From assembly GCA_964521095.1 (NCBI GenBank), contig CAZFPJ010000002.1, forward strand, positions 21,108 through 85,107: DNA of 64,000 nucleotides, in the 5' to 3' direction. A program made the translations under genes and the position numbers. The notes beneath the pieces are model-generated. The model made no database searches and was not told where the DNA came from. It saw only the letters and a list, made by a program, of their open reading frames with translations. This DNA is from an uncultured Candidatus Saccharibacteria bacterium. Its GTDB lineage: Bacteria > Patescibacteriota > Saccharimonadia > Saccharimonadales > 2-12-FULL-41-12. Positions 36,561-44,496 of the stretch are shown here, piece by piece (positions within the stretch are counted from its first letter, which is position 1; every line of letters begins with the position of its first letter).

Positions 36561-37340
36561 ATGAAGAAAAAATTGATAGCCTTTGATCTAGACGGAACTC
36601 TGGCCCCCAGTAAGTCACTTTTGCCAGACAAAATGGTGGATTTACTAAATGTTCTTTTGGATAAGTACGAAGTTTGCGTAATATCTGGCGCCAAATTTGA
36701 ACTGATTAATCTGCAGGTGCTAAGCCAGCTGACAGACGACCCAGAGTTGTTGAGTAAGCTCCACTTAATGCCGACTAGTGGCACTAGGTACTACACTTAT
36801 GATAAAAGCCAGAACGACTGGGCCTTGCAATACGCCGAAGACTTTACTGCCGAGCAAAAACAACAGATTATAAAGGCTTTGCAAGAGGGCATGGAGGAGT
36901 CGGGCTATAAGGTAGAAAAAACCTATGGCGAGACAATCGAGGATAGAGACAGTCAGATAACACTATCTATTTTGGGGCAAGAAATTGTAGCCGAGCTGGG
37001 CGAAGAAGGCGTACGGATAAAAGAAGCCTGGGATCCAGACAGTACTAAAAAGATGAAGATTCGTGATATTGTGGCACCCAAAATACCAGACTTTAATGTT
37101 AGAGCTGCTGGTGCTACATCGATTGATGTAACTCGGCCAGGCATCGACAAAGCCTATGGCATGAATAAGCTCATGGAAGCTACAGGGCTATCCAAAGAAG
37201 ACATATTGTTTATGGGCGACAAGATTGTGCCAGGTGGCAATGACTATGCGGTAGAGCAGATGGGAATCGATTGTGTGTCCGTTAGGGAATGGCAAGATAC
37301 AGCAGTCGCTCTGCGGGCTATTTTGGCAGTGACAGAATAG
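36561..37340 (+). CDS. HAD-IIB hydrolase, phosphomannomutase-like class
   Basis: LIAFDLDGTLAPSK..VCVISGAKFELI and the C-terminal FMGDKIVPGGNDY. It starts 3 nt after the nucleotidyltransferase gene. Confidence 0.75.
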   Translation: MKKKLIAFDLDGTLAPSKSLLPDKMVDLLNVLLDKYEVCVISGAKFELINLQVLSQLTDDPELLSKLHLMPTSGTRYYTYDKSQNDWALQYAEDFTAEQKQQIIKALQEGMEESGYKVEKTYGETIEDRDSQITLSILGQEIVAELGEEGVRIKEAWDPDSTKKMKIRDIVAPKIPDFNVRAAGATSIDVTRPGIDKAYGMNKLMEATGLSKEDILFMGDKIVPGGNDYAVEQMGIDCVSVREWQDTAVALRAILAVTE

Positions 37341-37357
37341 GGCGGTTTTTGGCAGGG

Positions 37358-39187
37358 CTATTCGACGGTGACGGACTTGGCCAGGTTGCGCGGGCGGTCG
37401 ACATTGTGGCCCTTGCCCAAGGCTACAAAATACGAAAATAGTTGCATAACAACGGCCGTAAGCAAGGGCTGGGTTTGCTCGAGAGTTTTTGGAATATAGA
37501 TAACATCGTCGGCTACTTTGGCCACAGATTTGTTGCCTTTTGTGGCTATGGCTAGCACTTTGCCCCCGCGAGCCTTAATTTCCTCGATGTTGCTGATGGT
37601 TTTTTCGAGCAGTTGGTCGGTTGGGGCAATGGCAAAAGTTGGAAAGTTTTGGTCGATCATGGCAAGTGGGCCGTGCTTCATCTCGCCACAGGCGTAACCC
37701 TCGGCATGAATGTAGCTAATCTCTTTGAGTTTTAGGGCTCCTTCGAGCGCGCAGGGGTAGCCGTATTTGCGCCCAATAAACATAAAGTCTGGGTAGCTTT
37801 GGTATTTTTTGGCCAGCTTTTCGATGGTTGGCGCTTGGTCTAGAACTTGCTTGATTTTGTCGGGCAAGGCAAGTAGTTCGTTTAAAACGGGTTTGTATAG
37901 CGGGGTGTTGCCTTGGCTGAGGTGCAGGGCGATCTCGGTAAGGATGGTTACCTGCGCCATAAAAGCTTTGGTGCTAGCGACAGATTTTTCGGGTCCAGCG
38001 TGGCAGTAAACACCAGCATCGGTCATGCGAGCAATGGTAGAGCCAACGGCGTTGACGATACCAAGTCGCAAAACACCAAAGTCCTCGACTTTTTTGAGAG
38101 CCGAGATAGTGTCGGCGGTTTCGCCCGATTGCGAGATAGCTAGCAGGGCGGTACTGCGCGAAAACGGCTCGTTGCGATATTTGAACTCGGAGGCTAGCTG
38201 GACTTCTACGGGAATGCCAGCGATTTCTTCGATTAAGTATTCGCCAATTAGCCCGGCGTAATAAGATGTTCCGCAGGCCACTATGACAAGGCGGTCGATA
38301 TAGCGGAGTTGCTCGGCGACGGTAGTTAGCCCACCCAGCGTAACGGCGCTGGTGTCGGCTCGAACGCGCCCTCTGGTAGCAGATTGCACGGTTTGTGGGG
38401 CTTCGAAGATTTCTTTGATCATGTAGTTTGGGAAGTCTCCTAGGCTGGCTTTTTCGAGGTCGTAGTCTAGCATTTTGGCTTGGCGCTTTACCTGGACGGC
38501 TTTTTTGATGTTATGAATCTGGACGGTGTCTGCACAGATTTTGGCCACCTCGTAGTCGTCTAGGTAGATAACTTTTTTGGTTTGATCCATAAGTGCTGTA
38601 GCGTCGGAGGCAATAAAGTGTTCGCCGTTTCCCACGCCAATAACTAGCGGGCTGGAAAGTCGGGCTACAAACAGGCAGTCTGGATTGTCTGTGTGCATGG
38701 CCATGATGGCAAAGGCACCGGTTAGCTCTTGGATGGCTTGCTCAAAAGCTTGCTGAAAAGATTTGCTGGTTTTGAGATGAAGGTCAATAAGGTGAGGAAT
38801 AACCTCGGTATCGGTCTGCGAAATAAATGTGTAGCCAGCTTCGGTTAGGCGAGTTCGGAGTTCTTGGTAGTTTTCGATGATGCCGTTGTGTACCACCAGT
38901 ATGGATTGGTCGGCGTTAAAATGTGGATGCGCATTTTTGACGGTTGGTGTGCCGTGAGTCGCCCAGCGAGTGTGTCCCAAAGCAATAGTACTGTTGCTGG
39001 TTAGTTGATCTGATAGTTCTTGGCGCAAGCCTTCGACCCGCCCAACTTGTTTGGTAGTAACAGCTTGGCCATCCACAATTGTGCTGACGCCAGCCGAGTC
39101 GTAGCCTCTGTATTCGAGCGTTTCTAGACCATCAACCACAAAGTTGACTGCACTAGCTTTACCTATGTATCCGACGATTCCGCACAT
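37358..39187 (-). CDS. glmS: Glutamine--fructose-6-phosphate aminotransferase
   Basis: 609 aa with N-terminal MCGIVGYIG, two SIS domains, and a C-terminal KSVTVE. Confidence 0.97.
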   Translation of the reverse strand: MCGIVGYIGKASAVNFVVDGLETLEYRGYDSAGVSTIVDGQAVTTKQVGRVEGLRQELSDQLTSNSTIALGHTRWATHGTPTVKNAHPHFNADQSILVVHNGIIENYQELRTRLTEAGYTFISQTDTEVIPHLIDLHLKTSKSFQQAFEQAIQELTGAFAIMAMHTDNPDCLFVARLSSPLVIGVGNGEHFIASDATALMDQTKKVIYLDDYEVAKICADTVQIHNIKKAVQVKRQAKMLDYDLEKASLGDFPNYMIKEIFEAPQTVQSATRGRVRADTSAVTLGGLTTVAEQLRYIDRLVIVACGTSYYAGLIGEYLIEEIAGIPVEVQLASEFKYRNEPFSRSTALLAISQSGETADTISALKKVEDFGVLRLGIVNAVGSTIARMTDAGVYCHAGPEKSVASTKAFMAQVTILTEIALHLSQGNTPLYKPVLNELLALPDKIKQVLDQAPTIEKLAKKYQSYPDFMFIGRKYGYPCALEGALKLKEISYIHAEGYACGEMKHGPLAMIDQNFPTFAIAPTDQLLEKTISNIEEIKARGGKVLAIATKGNKSVAKVADDVIYIPKTLEQTQPLLTAVVMQLFSYFVALGKGHNVDRPRNLAKSVTVE

Positions 39188-39226
39188 TACCGAGATTTCC
39201 TTTTTTAAATTTTTAAGAGGTAATGG

Positions 39227-40333
39227 CTATTGTAGGCTGTCTTTGATGACTTTTTGAAGGTTTTTGTGAAAATTCTTAACCGAGAAGGTTTGGGCAGAGG
39301 CTTTTATATCATCAGGTGAATATTTGCTGTTTAATTTAGCGATAGCGCTTTTGAGACTAGCGGTTGTTTGGTCGGCAAAGAATACGCCGTTTTTGCCGTC
39401 GATAACATAGTCTAGGGCACCCCCGCCACGGTATGCGACAACCGGTACACCAGCAGATAATGCCTCGACTGGGGCAATGCCGAAGTCGTCTAGACCAGGA
39501 AACATAAAGGCCTTGGCCGAGGCTAGCGCATTGTTGATGTCTTGGTCGGTAGGACTAGAAATAAATGTAACAGTTGGCCCAGCCATGGCCTGCAAACGAC
39601 CAAGCTCTGGCCCTCCGCCTAAAACCACCAGAGGTAGACCCAAGTCTGTTGCTACCGATACGGCCAGATCGACTCGTTTGTAGGGGGCTAGGCGACTAAC
39701 ACAGACAAAGTTTGTCCTTTCGGTTGATTTTAGGGACTTGAATCGATCGGTATCTACCGGAGGGAAAACTACTTCTGCTTGGCGGTTATAATATTTTTTT
39801 ATCTCATTTTTGATGTGCGTGCTGTTGCCGATAATTTTGTCCGGGCGTTGGGCCGATCGGTAGTCCCACCGGCGCATTGGACCAACTAATATTTTGAGCC
39901 CAAGGCGTGCTAGCCAGTCGAGTTTGCCAAAACCGGGGTTTTTGAGATATTCGTCGTAGCGACTCCAGTAGTAGTGGGTAGGGGCATGGATGTACGCAAT
40001 ATGCGTTGCAGTTAGTCGCCGTTTGACGAATTTGGCTTCGGCGCCACTGCTGGAAATGATCAAGTCGTACTGGGACAGGTCTAGTCTAGAGAAATATATA
40101 GCTCGAAGTACTGGCAAGAACTTTTTAAGGCTTGCAGGTAGTTTTTGGAGCCAGCCGGTTCGGATATCTAGCCCGTTAAACCAGGTGGCTTTGTCTGCAT
40201 TGTACTGCGAGGTATAAATAGGCGCTTCTGGATACATCTTGTGCATTTCTAGCACGACGCGCTCGGCACCACCAGGTCCGGTTAGCCAGTCACAAACAAT
40301 CGCCACCTTCAGCTGGTTATTTTGTGGCATCAA
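39227..40333 (-). CDS. Glycosyltransferase family 4 (GT-B)
   Basis: 368 aa with VAIVCDWLTGPGGAERV and FMFPGLDDFGIAPVEALSAGVPVVA. Confidence 0.85.
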   Translation of the reverse strand: MMPQNNQLKVAIVCDWLTGPGGAERVVLEMHKMYPEAPIYTSQYNADKATWFNGLDIRTGWLQKLPASLKKFLPVLRAIYFSRLDLSQYDLIISSSGAEAKFVKRRLTATHIAYIHAPTHYYWSRYDEYLKNPGFGKLDWLARLGLKILVGPMRRWDYRSAQRPDKIIGNSTHIKNEIKKYYNRQAEVVFPPVDTDRFKSLKSTERTNFVCVSRLAPYKRVDLAVSVATDLGLPLVVLGGGPELGRLQAMAGPTVTFISSPTDQDINNALASAKAFMFPGLDDFGIAPVEALSAGVPVVAYRGGGALDYVIDGKNGVFFADQTTASLKSAIAKLNSKYSPDDIKASAQTFSVKNFHKNLQKVIKDSLQ

Positions 40334-40703
40334 TCGTCCTCAGGTTTTTTTCGTGCAAAGACAAGATTTTTTTATCAGAGGTAACCAATGCAAGGTTTTT
40401 GGAAATGGCAACAGTAGTAATGGCATTGTTGAAAGGGTCTTTGTTGGTTTTATCATAGAGCTTATAGGAAAGTACCTGGCTCGAATCCAGGTTTAGCACC
40501 TTTATATCTGTAATAAGCAGTGCTTTTTCTATATCAATAAATGGTAATTTTTCGATCTCTTGTTTTATTTTTATTTCTAACAATGAAAGAGCAGACACAT
40601 AAACCATTGGGGTTTCAGCGATAAGATTTTTGATTCTTTTAGACATTGGTTCGCCGTAAATAAACCAGATGAGTACATTAGTATCAAGAAGTAGGCTATT
40701 CAT
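40317..40703 (-). CDS. vapC: PIN-domain toxin (VapC-like), pair 2
   Basis: 128 aa with LLLDTNVLIW and NKDPFNNAITTVA. It overlaps the antitoxin by 8 nt and the downstream GT4 start by 17 nt. Confidence 0.8.
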   Translation of the reverse strand: MNSLLLDTNVLIWFIYGEPMSKRIKNLIAETPMVYVSALSLLEIKIKQEIEKLPFIDIEKALLITDIKVLNLDSSQVLSYKLYDKTNKDPFNNAITTVAISKNLALVTSDKKILSLHEKNLRTIDATK

Positions 40704-40965
40704 GGTGCAGAGGGTCTTCTGTCATAGAGCGAATTACTTCTTTCCACTCGGGGCTATTGTCAATTGCCTCAAGGTCAGGTACAGATATTTTGCCCTTTAG
40801 GACGCCGAATTGGCGTTTTGGTTTTTTGATTTCATTTGGGTTGAGCAGAACCAGCTTAACTTCGGGCTTGCCAAAGCTTCCGACATAAATAGTCTCACCG
40901 CGTTTGGCGGCGGCGATGTATTTGCTGAGATTAGTCTTGGCATCGTGGATGCTGACAGTTTTCAT
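40696..40965 (-). CDS. vapB: Antitoxin (Phd/YefM-like), pair 2; paralog of 12175..12435
   Basis: KTVSIHDAKTNLSKYIAAAKRGETIYVGSFGKPEVKLV aligns by eye at roughly half its positions with the pair-1 antitoxin. Confidence 0.8.
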   Translation of the reverse strand: MKTVSIHDAKTNLSKYIAAAKRGETIYVGSFGKPEVKLVLLNPNEIKKPKRQFGVLKGKISVPDLEAIDNSPEWKEVIRSMTEDPLHHE

Positions 40966-40971
40966 AAGTAT

Positions 40972-41000
40972 ATCTTAGCTAAGTTAGCTAAGTTTGTCAA
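40972..41000 (-). promoter_or_regulatory. Promoter with palindromic CTTAGCTAAG repeat for VapBC pair 2; predicted leaderless
   Basis: The minus strand reads TTGACA (40995-41000), a 17-nt spacer, then TAAGAT (40972-40977), with 6 nt to ATG 40965 and no SD. A perfect 10-bp palindrome CTTAGCTAAG lies at 40974-40983, followed by TTAGCTAAG at 40984-40992. Confidence 0.55.
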
Positions 41001-41003
41001 GCA

Positions 41004-42434
41004 CTATTTGGCTCCGATGCCGTTGATTACAGCGCGAAAAGTTCGTAGCAAGATGCTGATGTCTATCCAAAAACTCCAGTTTTGTACATAATAAACATCT
41101 AGTTTGCGTCGTTCGTCAAAGCTGATGTCTCGGCGACCAGATACCTGGGCTAGCCCGGTTAGGCCAGATTTGACGCTAAGGATTTGATGTTTGCCTTGGT
41201 ATTCTTCTAGCTCTTGCGGAATTAAAGCCCTTGGTCCAACAAGGCTAATGTCGCCTTTTAGGACATTGAACAGCTGAGGCAACTCATCTAGGCTAGTAGC
41301 GCGAATAAACGAGCCAAGCCGAATTAGGCGCGGGTCGTTGGCTACTTGGTCGCCATTTTTGCGATATTTTTTGGCCAGGTCTTCTTGACCGAGTAGCTTG
41401 AAGGCTTCTTCTGGCGTGGTGCCATCGAACTTTTTGCGCTGTGAGCGAAATTTGTAAACTGTAAATTTTTTGTCGAATTGAGTCAGACGAGTTTGTTTGA
41501 AAATAAGTGGTTCGTGAGGGTTGGCTATCTTAACGATGATAACGGTTAGTAGCATGAACGGCGATAAAAGGATGATAAAAAACAAGCAAAAAACAAAGTC
41601 GAAAAGTCGTTTTACTATACGCCCCCAGCCAACCAGCGCTGTTTGGTGAACGCTAACTACTGGCACGCCCCGAAATAGCTCTACTTCGATGTTGCCGGCA
41701 AAAACGCCGTCGTTGCCAGGGATGAATTTGTAGGCTATATGGCGCTTTTGGGCGTAGCCTAAAATGTCGGTATTTTGATTTTCGGACGAGTACAGCTTGG
41801 TCTGGATGATTGTGTTAATAACTTTGCCTTTAAGCTTTTTGGTTGCTACTAAAAAGTCGTCATAAGCAGGGATGGAGCTGTCGTCTATCTTGAAGCCGAC
41901 TGTGCCAACAATGTTGTATCCACTAAAGCGAGTGTCGATAAGTTCCGAGATGACCGCTCGACTGCTTTTGGGGTTGCCAACAACCAAAACATTGTTAATG
42001 CCAACCCCATAAGTAAACAATATGCGCCTAAAGATTCGGGCAACCGTACGAAAAGCGATAAGAAAGCCAAAACTTAGGAAAAGCCCATAAACAGGTACCA
42101 GCCGAGCGGGGAACAAGTCGCCATTGGCCACAAAGTCGTAGCCAATAACCAGCAAAACTCCGATAAACGAGCCCAAAATGAGCCGTCCAATCTCGCGGAA
42201 GCGATTTTCGTAGACATGGCGCGTGTATAGCCCCAGGGCGCTCTGACTGACTAGCCAAAAAGGTACAACCGCCAGAAAGGCCGATATGTATGACAATGAC
42301 GAGATTTGGTAAATTAGCGGGCGATCGTCTAGCTTGACGCGCAGGACATAAGCCAAAGCAAAGGCTGAAATAATAGCCAGAAAGTCACCGACGATTAAAA
42401 GAATTGCAAAAAACAGATTGGCGTTATTTTTCAT
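41004..42434 (-). CDS. Polyprenyl glycosylphosphotransferase (WbaP/bacterial sugar transferase family)
   Basis: 476 aa with N-terminal TM helices. The C-terminal domain reads KRLFDFVFCLFFIILLSPFML...DELPQLFNVLKGDISLVGPRA. Confidence 0.9.
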   Translation of the reverse strand: MKNNANLFFAILLIVGDFLAIISAFALAYVLRVKLDDRPLIYQISSLSYISAFLAVVPFWLVSQSALGLYTRHVYENRFREIGRLILGSFIGVLLVIGYDFVANGDLFPARLVPVYGLFLSFGFLIAFRTVARIFRRILFTYGVGINNVLVVGNPKSSRAVISELIDTRFSGYNIVGTVGFKIDDSSIPAYDDFLVATKKLKGKVINTIIQTKLYSSENQNTDILGYAQKRHIAYKFIPGNDGVFAGNIEVELFRGVPVVSVHQTALVGWGRIVKRLFDFVFCLFFIILLSPFMLLTVIIVKIANPHEPLIFKQTRLTQFDKKFTVYKFRSQRKKFDGTTPEEAFKLLGQEDLAKKYRKNGDQVANDPRLIRLGSFIRATSLDELPQLFNVLKGDISLVGPRALIPQELEEYQGKHQILSVKSGLTGLAQVSGRRDISFDERRKLDVYYVQNWSFWIDISILLRTFRAVINGIGAK

Positions 42435-42518
42435 CTCTAGTCAGATTATACCATTACAAACCCAGTTACTTGGTGATATACTTTGGTTGGATAATCGAAC
42501 AAATAACAAACAAAACTT

Positions 42519-43025
42519 ATGAAATTTAAAAAACTAAAAAAATCGGAACAACGAGAAATAAGACGCATCACCGAATATATGATTAGCGGGGGCGCCTACT
42601 TTTGGTCTGGTTATGGCATGTTCTTTTTTATAGACAAGATCTTGGGCGGAACATTTTTTTGGGCCAAGTCTGTGTCGACCTTGTTTGGCTGGACTATAAA
42701 CTTTATTTTGCAACGATATTGGGTGTTTAATAACCCTAAACTAAAGAAACATCAGACCGAAGTTACTAGCAGGTATGCAACTATAACTATTGTTGGGTTT
42801 GTGATGGACTATTTGATAGTATTTGGCCTGAAAGAAGTCGGAATAACTCCTTATATTGGCCAGTTTGTCTCGGCTGGGTTTTTTACAGTTTGGAATTACT
42901 TGTGGTACAAGTACTGGGTTTTTCCCGAGAAATTCAAAAAGCCAGCTCACAAAGTCAAGATTACGCCTGCCAGGGTGTTGGCGCACAAACCTCATGGACA
43001 CAGCGCTTATAGGATATTGAAATAA
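42519..43025 (+). CDS. GtrA-family membrane protein (second copy)
   Basis: 168 aa with 4 TM helices. It contains the motif NFILQRYWVF. Confidence 0.72.
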   Translation: MKFKKLKKSEQREIRRITEYMISGGAYFWSGYGMFFFIDKILGGTFFWAKSVSTLFGWTINFILQRYWVFNNPKLKKHQTEVTSRYATITIVGFVMDYLIVFGLKEVGITPYIGQFVSAGFFTVWNYLWYKYWVFPEKFKKPAHKVKITPARVLAHKPHGHSAYRILK

Positions 43026-43477
43026 TGACAACCCAGGTGCGACCGACCAAAAAGCAGACAGAGATGTTGGCTTTTATTACTCAATTTATTGCCCAACATG
43101 GGTATGGCCCGAGCTATCGAGAGATTTGTAGTGGCTTGGGGTATAAGTCGGTAGCTACGGTGGCAGTACACATAGATAACCTGATTGCCAGGGGACATTT
43201 GGTAAAAAAAGGTAAGTCGGCGCGGTCTTTAGAAGTTGTGTCGGCAGGGGAAGAGTCCAACACACCTCTTCGGACGAATTCTGTTGAGCCATCCGAAGAA
43301 AAGTGGCTGGTGGACAAGATAGACTATCATTTTCGTCGTTTAGAACAAACAGAGACGGTTAGCCAGAATGATGTTGACGGGCTGTATGTGCTAGTGGGCT
43401 CTTTGAAGGTGCTTGGGTTGGACGGTGCATCGCAGTCCTTTGTTTCGCGGTTAGTCGATATTAAAAAGCGAGTATAA
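43025..43477 (+). CDS. LexA-type winged-helix DNA-binding protein lacking the S24 peptidase domain
   Basis: LTKKQTEMLAFITQFIAQHGYGPSYREICSGLGYKSVATVAVHIDNLIARGHLVKK matches the LexA N-terminal domain. The remaining roughly 75 aa show no Ala-Gly/Ser-Lys autocleavage motifs. It has a 1-nt start/stop overlap with the GtrA gene. Confidence 0.7.
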   Translation: MTTQVRPTKKQTEMLAFITQFIAQHGYGPSYREICSGLGYKSVATVAVHIDNLIARGHLVKKGKSARSLEVVSAGEESNTPLRTNSVEPSEEKWLVDKIDYHFRRLEQTETVSQNDVDGLYVLVGSLKVLGLDGASQSFVSRLVDIKKRV

Positions 43478-43486
43478 TATAGCCTA

Positions 43487-44293
43487 ATGGAAATCTTGCA
43501 AGCAATACTGTTGGGAATAATCGAGGGGCTGACTGAGTTTTTGCCAATATCTAGCACTGGTCACCTAATCGTTTCGGAGAATTTGATTGGCTATAAAGAC
43601 ACGGCAGAGGTGTTTACTGTTGTTATACAGATGGGTGCCATAGGAGCGGTTTTGTGGCATTATCGTAAAGACTTGATAAGTAAATTTATCGGGCTCGCTA
43701 AAAGAGAAAAACAAGCTACTTATTTTATGCTGTGTTGGGTTATTGCGACAATCCCTGCTGGCCTGGCTGGCCTGCTTTTAAAAGACTACTTGTCGAAGTA
43801 TGCTGTTGTTACTACGGTAGCTGTGAGCCTGATAGTTGGCGGTATCTTGATATGGATTATAGAGAGCTTTCATAAGGCTCCAAGTAATACAACAGAGAAG
43901 CCAAGGTTTGATCAGTTGAGCATAAAGCAGGCTCTGCAAGTTGGTTTTTATCAGATGTTGGCTTTGATCCCTGGGGTGTCACGGAGCGGGGCTACTATTA
44001 TGGGCGGACTACTGTCTGGGCTAGACAGGGTGACAGCAACAACACTGTCTTTTTACTTGAGTATACCTATTTTGTTATTAGCCGGATTTTATCAGTTGGC
44101 TAGAGGCTGGGGTGAGCTAGATACAGTTAGTGGTGGCGGGCCTGCGCTTTTGGCTGGGACAATATCGGCCTTTATAACGGCCATGATAGCTATAAATTGG
44201 CTATTAAAATATGTGTCAAAAAACGATTTTAAGATTTTTGCATACTACAGGATTATTGCAGGGACGATTATACTCCTTGCTATCTGGTTGTGA
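43487..44293 (+). CDS. uppP: Undecaprenyl-diphosphate phosphatase
   Basis: MEILQAILLGIIEGLTEFLPISSTGHL and PGVSRSGATI are the BacA/UppP signatures. Confidence 0.95.
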   Translation: MEILQAILLGIIEGLTEFLPISSTGHLIVSENLIGYKDTAEVFTVVIQMGAIGAVLWHYRKDLISKFIGLAKREKQATYFMLCWVIATIPAGLAGLLLKDYLSKYAVVTTVAVSLIVGGILIWIIESFHKAPSNTTEKPRFDQLSIKQALQVGFYQMLALIPGVSRSGATIMGGLLSGLDRVTATTLSFYLSIPILLLAGFYQLARGWGELDTVSGGGPALLAGTISAFITAMIAINWLLKYVSKNDFKIFAYYRIIAGTIILLAIWL

Positions 44294-44350
44294 CGCTATG
44301 GGTGGTGTATATTCTACATCTAGCACACCACAGCTAGCGTGATATTATTG

Positions 44351-44463
44351 AGATACATTAAAATTTTAATCCGGAAACAGGTGAGATTCCTGTGCTGTGC
44401 CGCAACGGTTAAAGCCCGATACGGATCTTTTTAGACTTCCGAGCAGAAGCATTTTTTGTATCT
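44351..44463 (+). promoter_or_regulatory. Candidate cobalamin-riboswitch-like aptamer (short, class-II-like)
   Basis: The core at 44368-44409, AAUCCGGAAACAGGUGAGAUUCCUGUGCUGUGCCGCAACGGU, resembles the conserved Cbl core. A degenerate B12-box-like element lies at 44435-44450. The closing helix pairs AGAUACA (44351-44357) with UGUAUCU (44457-44463). This call is made by eye only. Confidence 0.5.
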
Positions 44464-44496
44464 TTTTCTCGGCCACCCTAAAAGGAACGAGAAAAT

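Noticed and set aside
39188-39226. A possible glmS ribozyme upstream of glmS.
   Set aside because: Only 39 nt separate glmS from the preceding GT4 stop. That is far too short for the roughly 170-nt ribozyme, and no conserved core sequence is visible.
42491-42518. A possible SOS box near the LexA-like gene, based on the CGAAC half-site at 42496-42500.
   Set aside because: There is no matching GTTCG half-site at the required 4-nt spacing, so the half-site is most likely chance.
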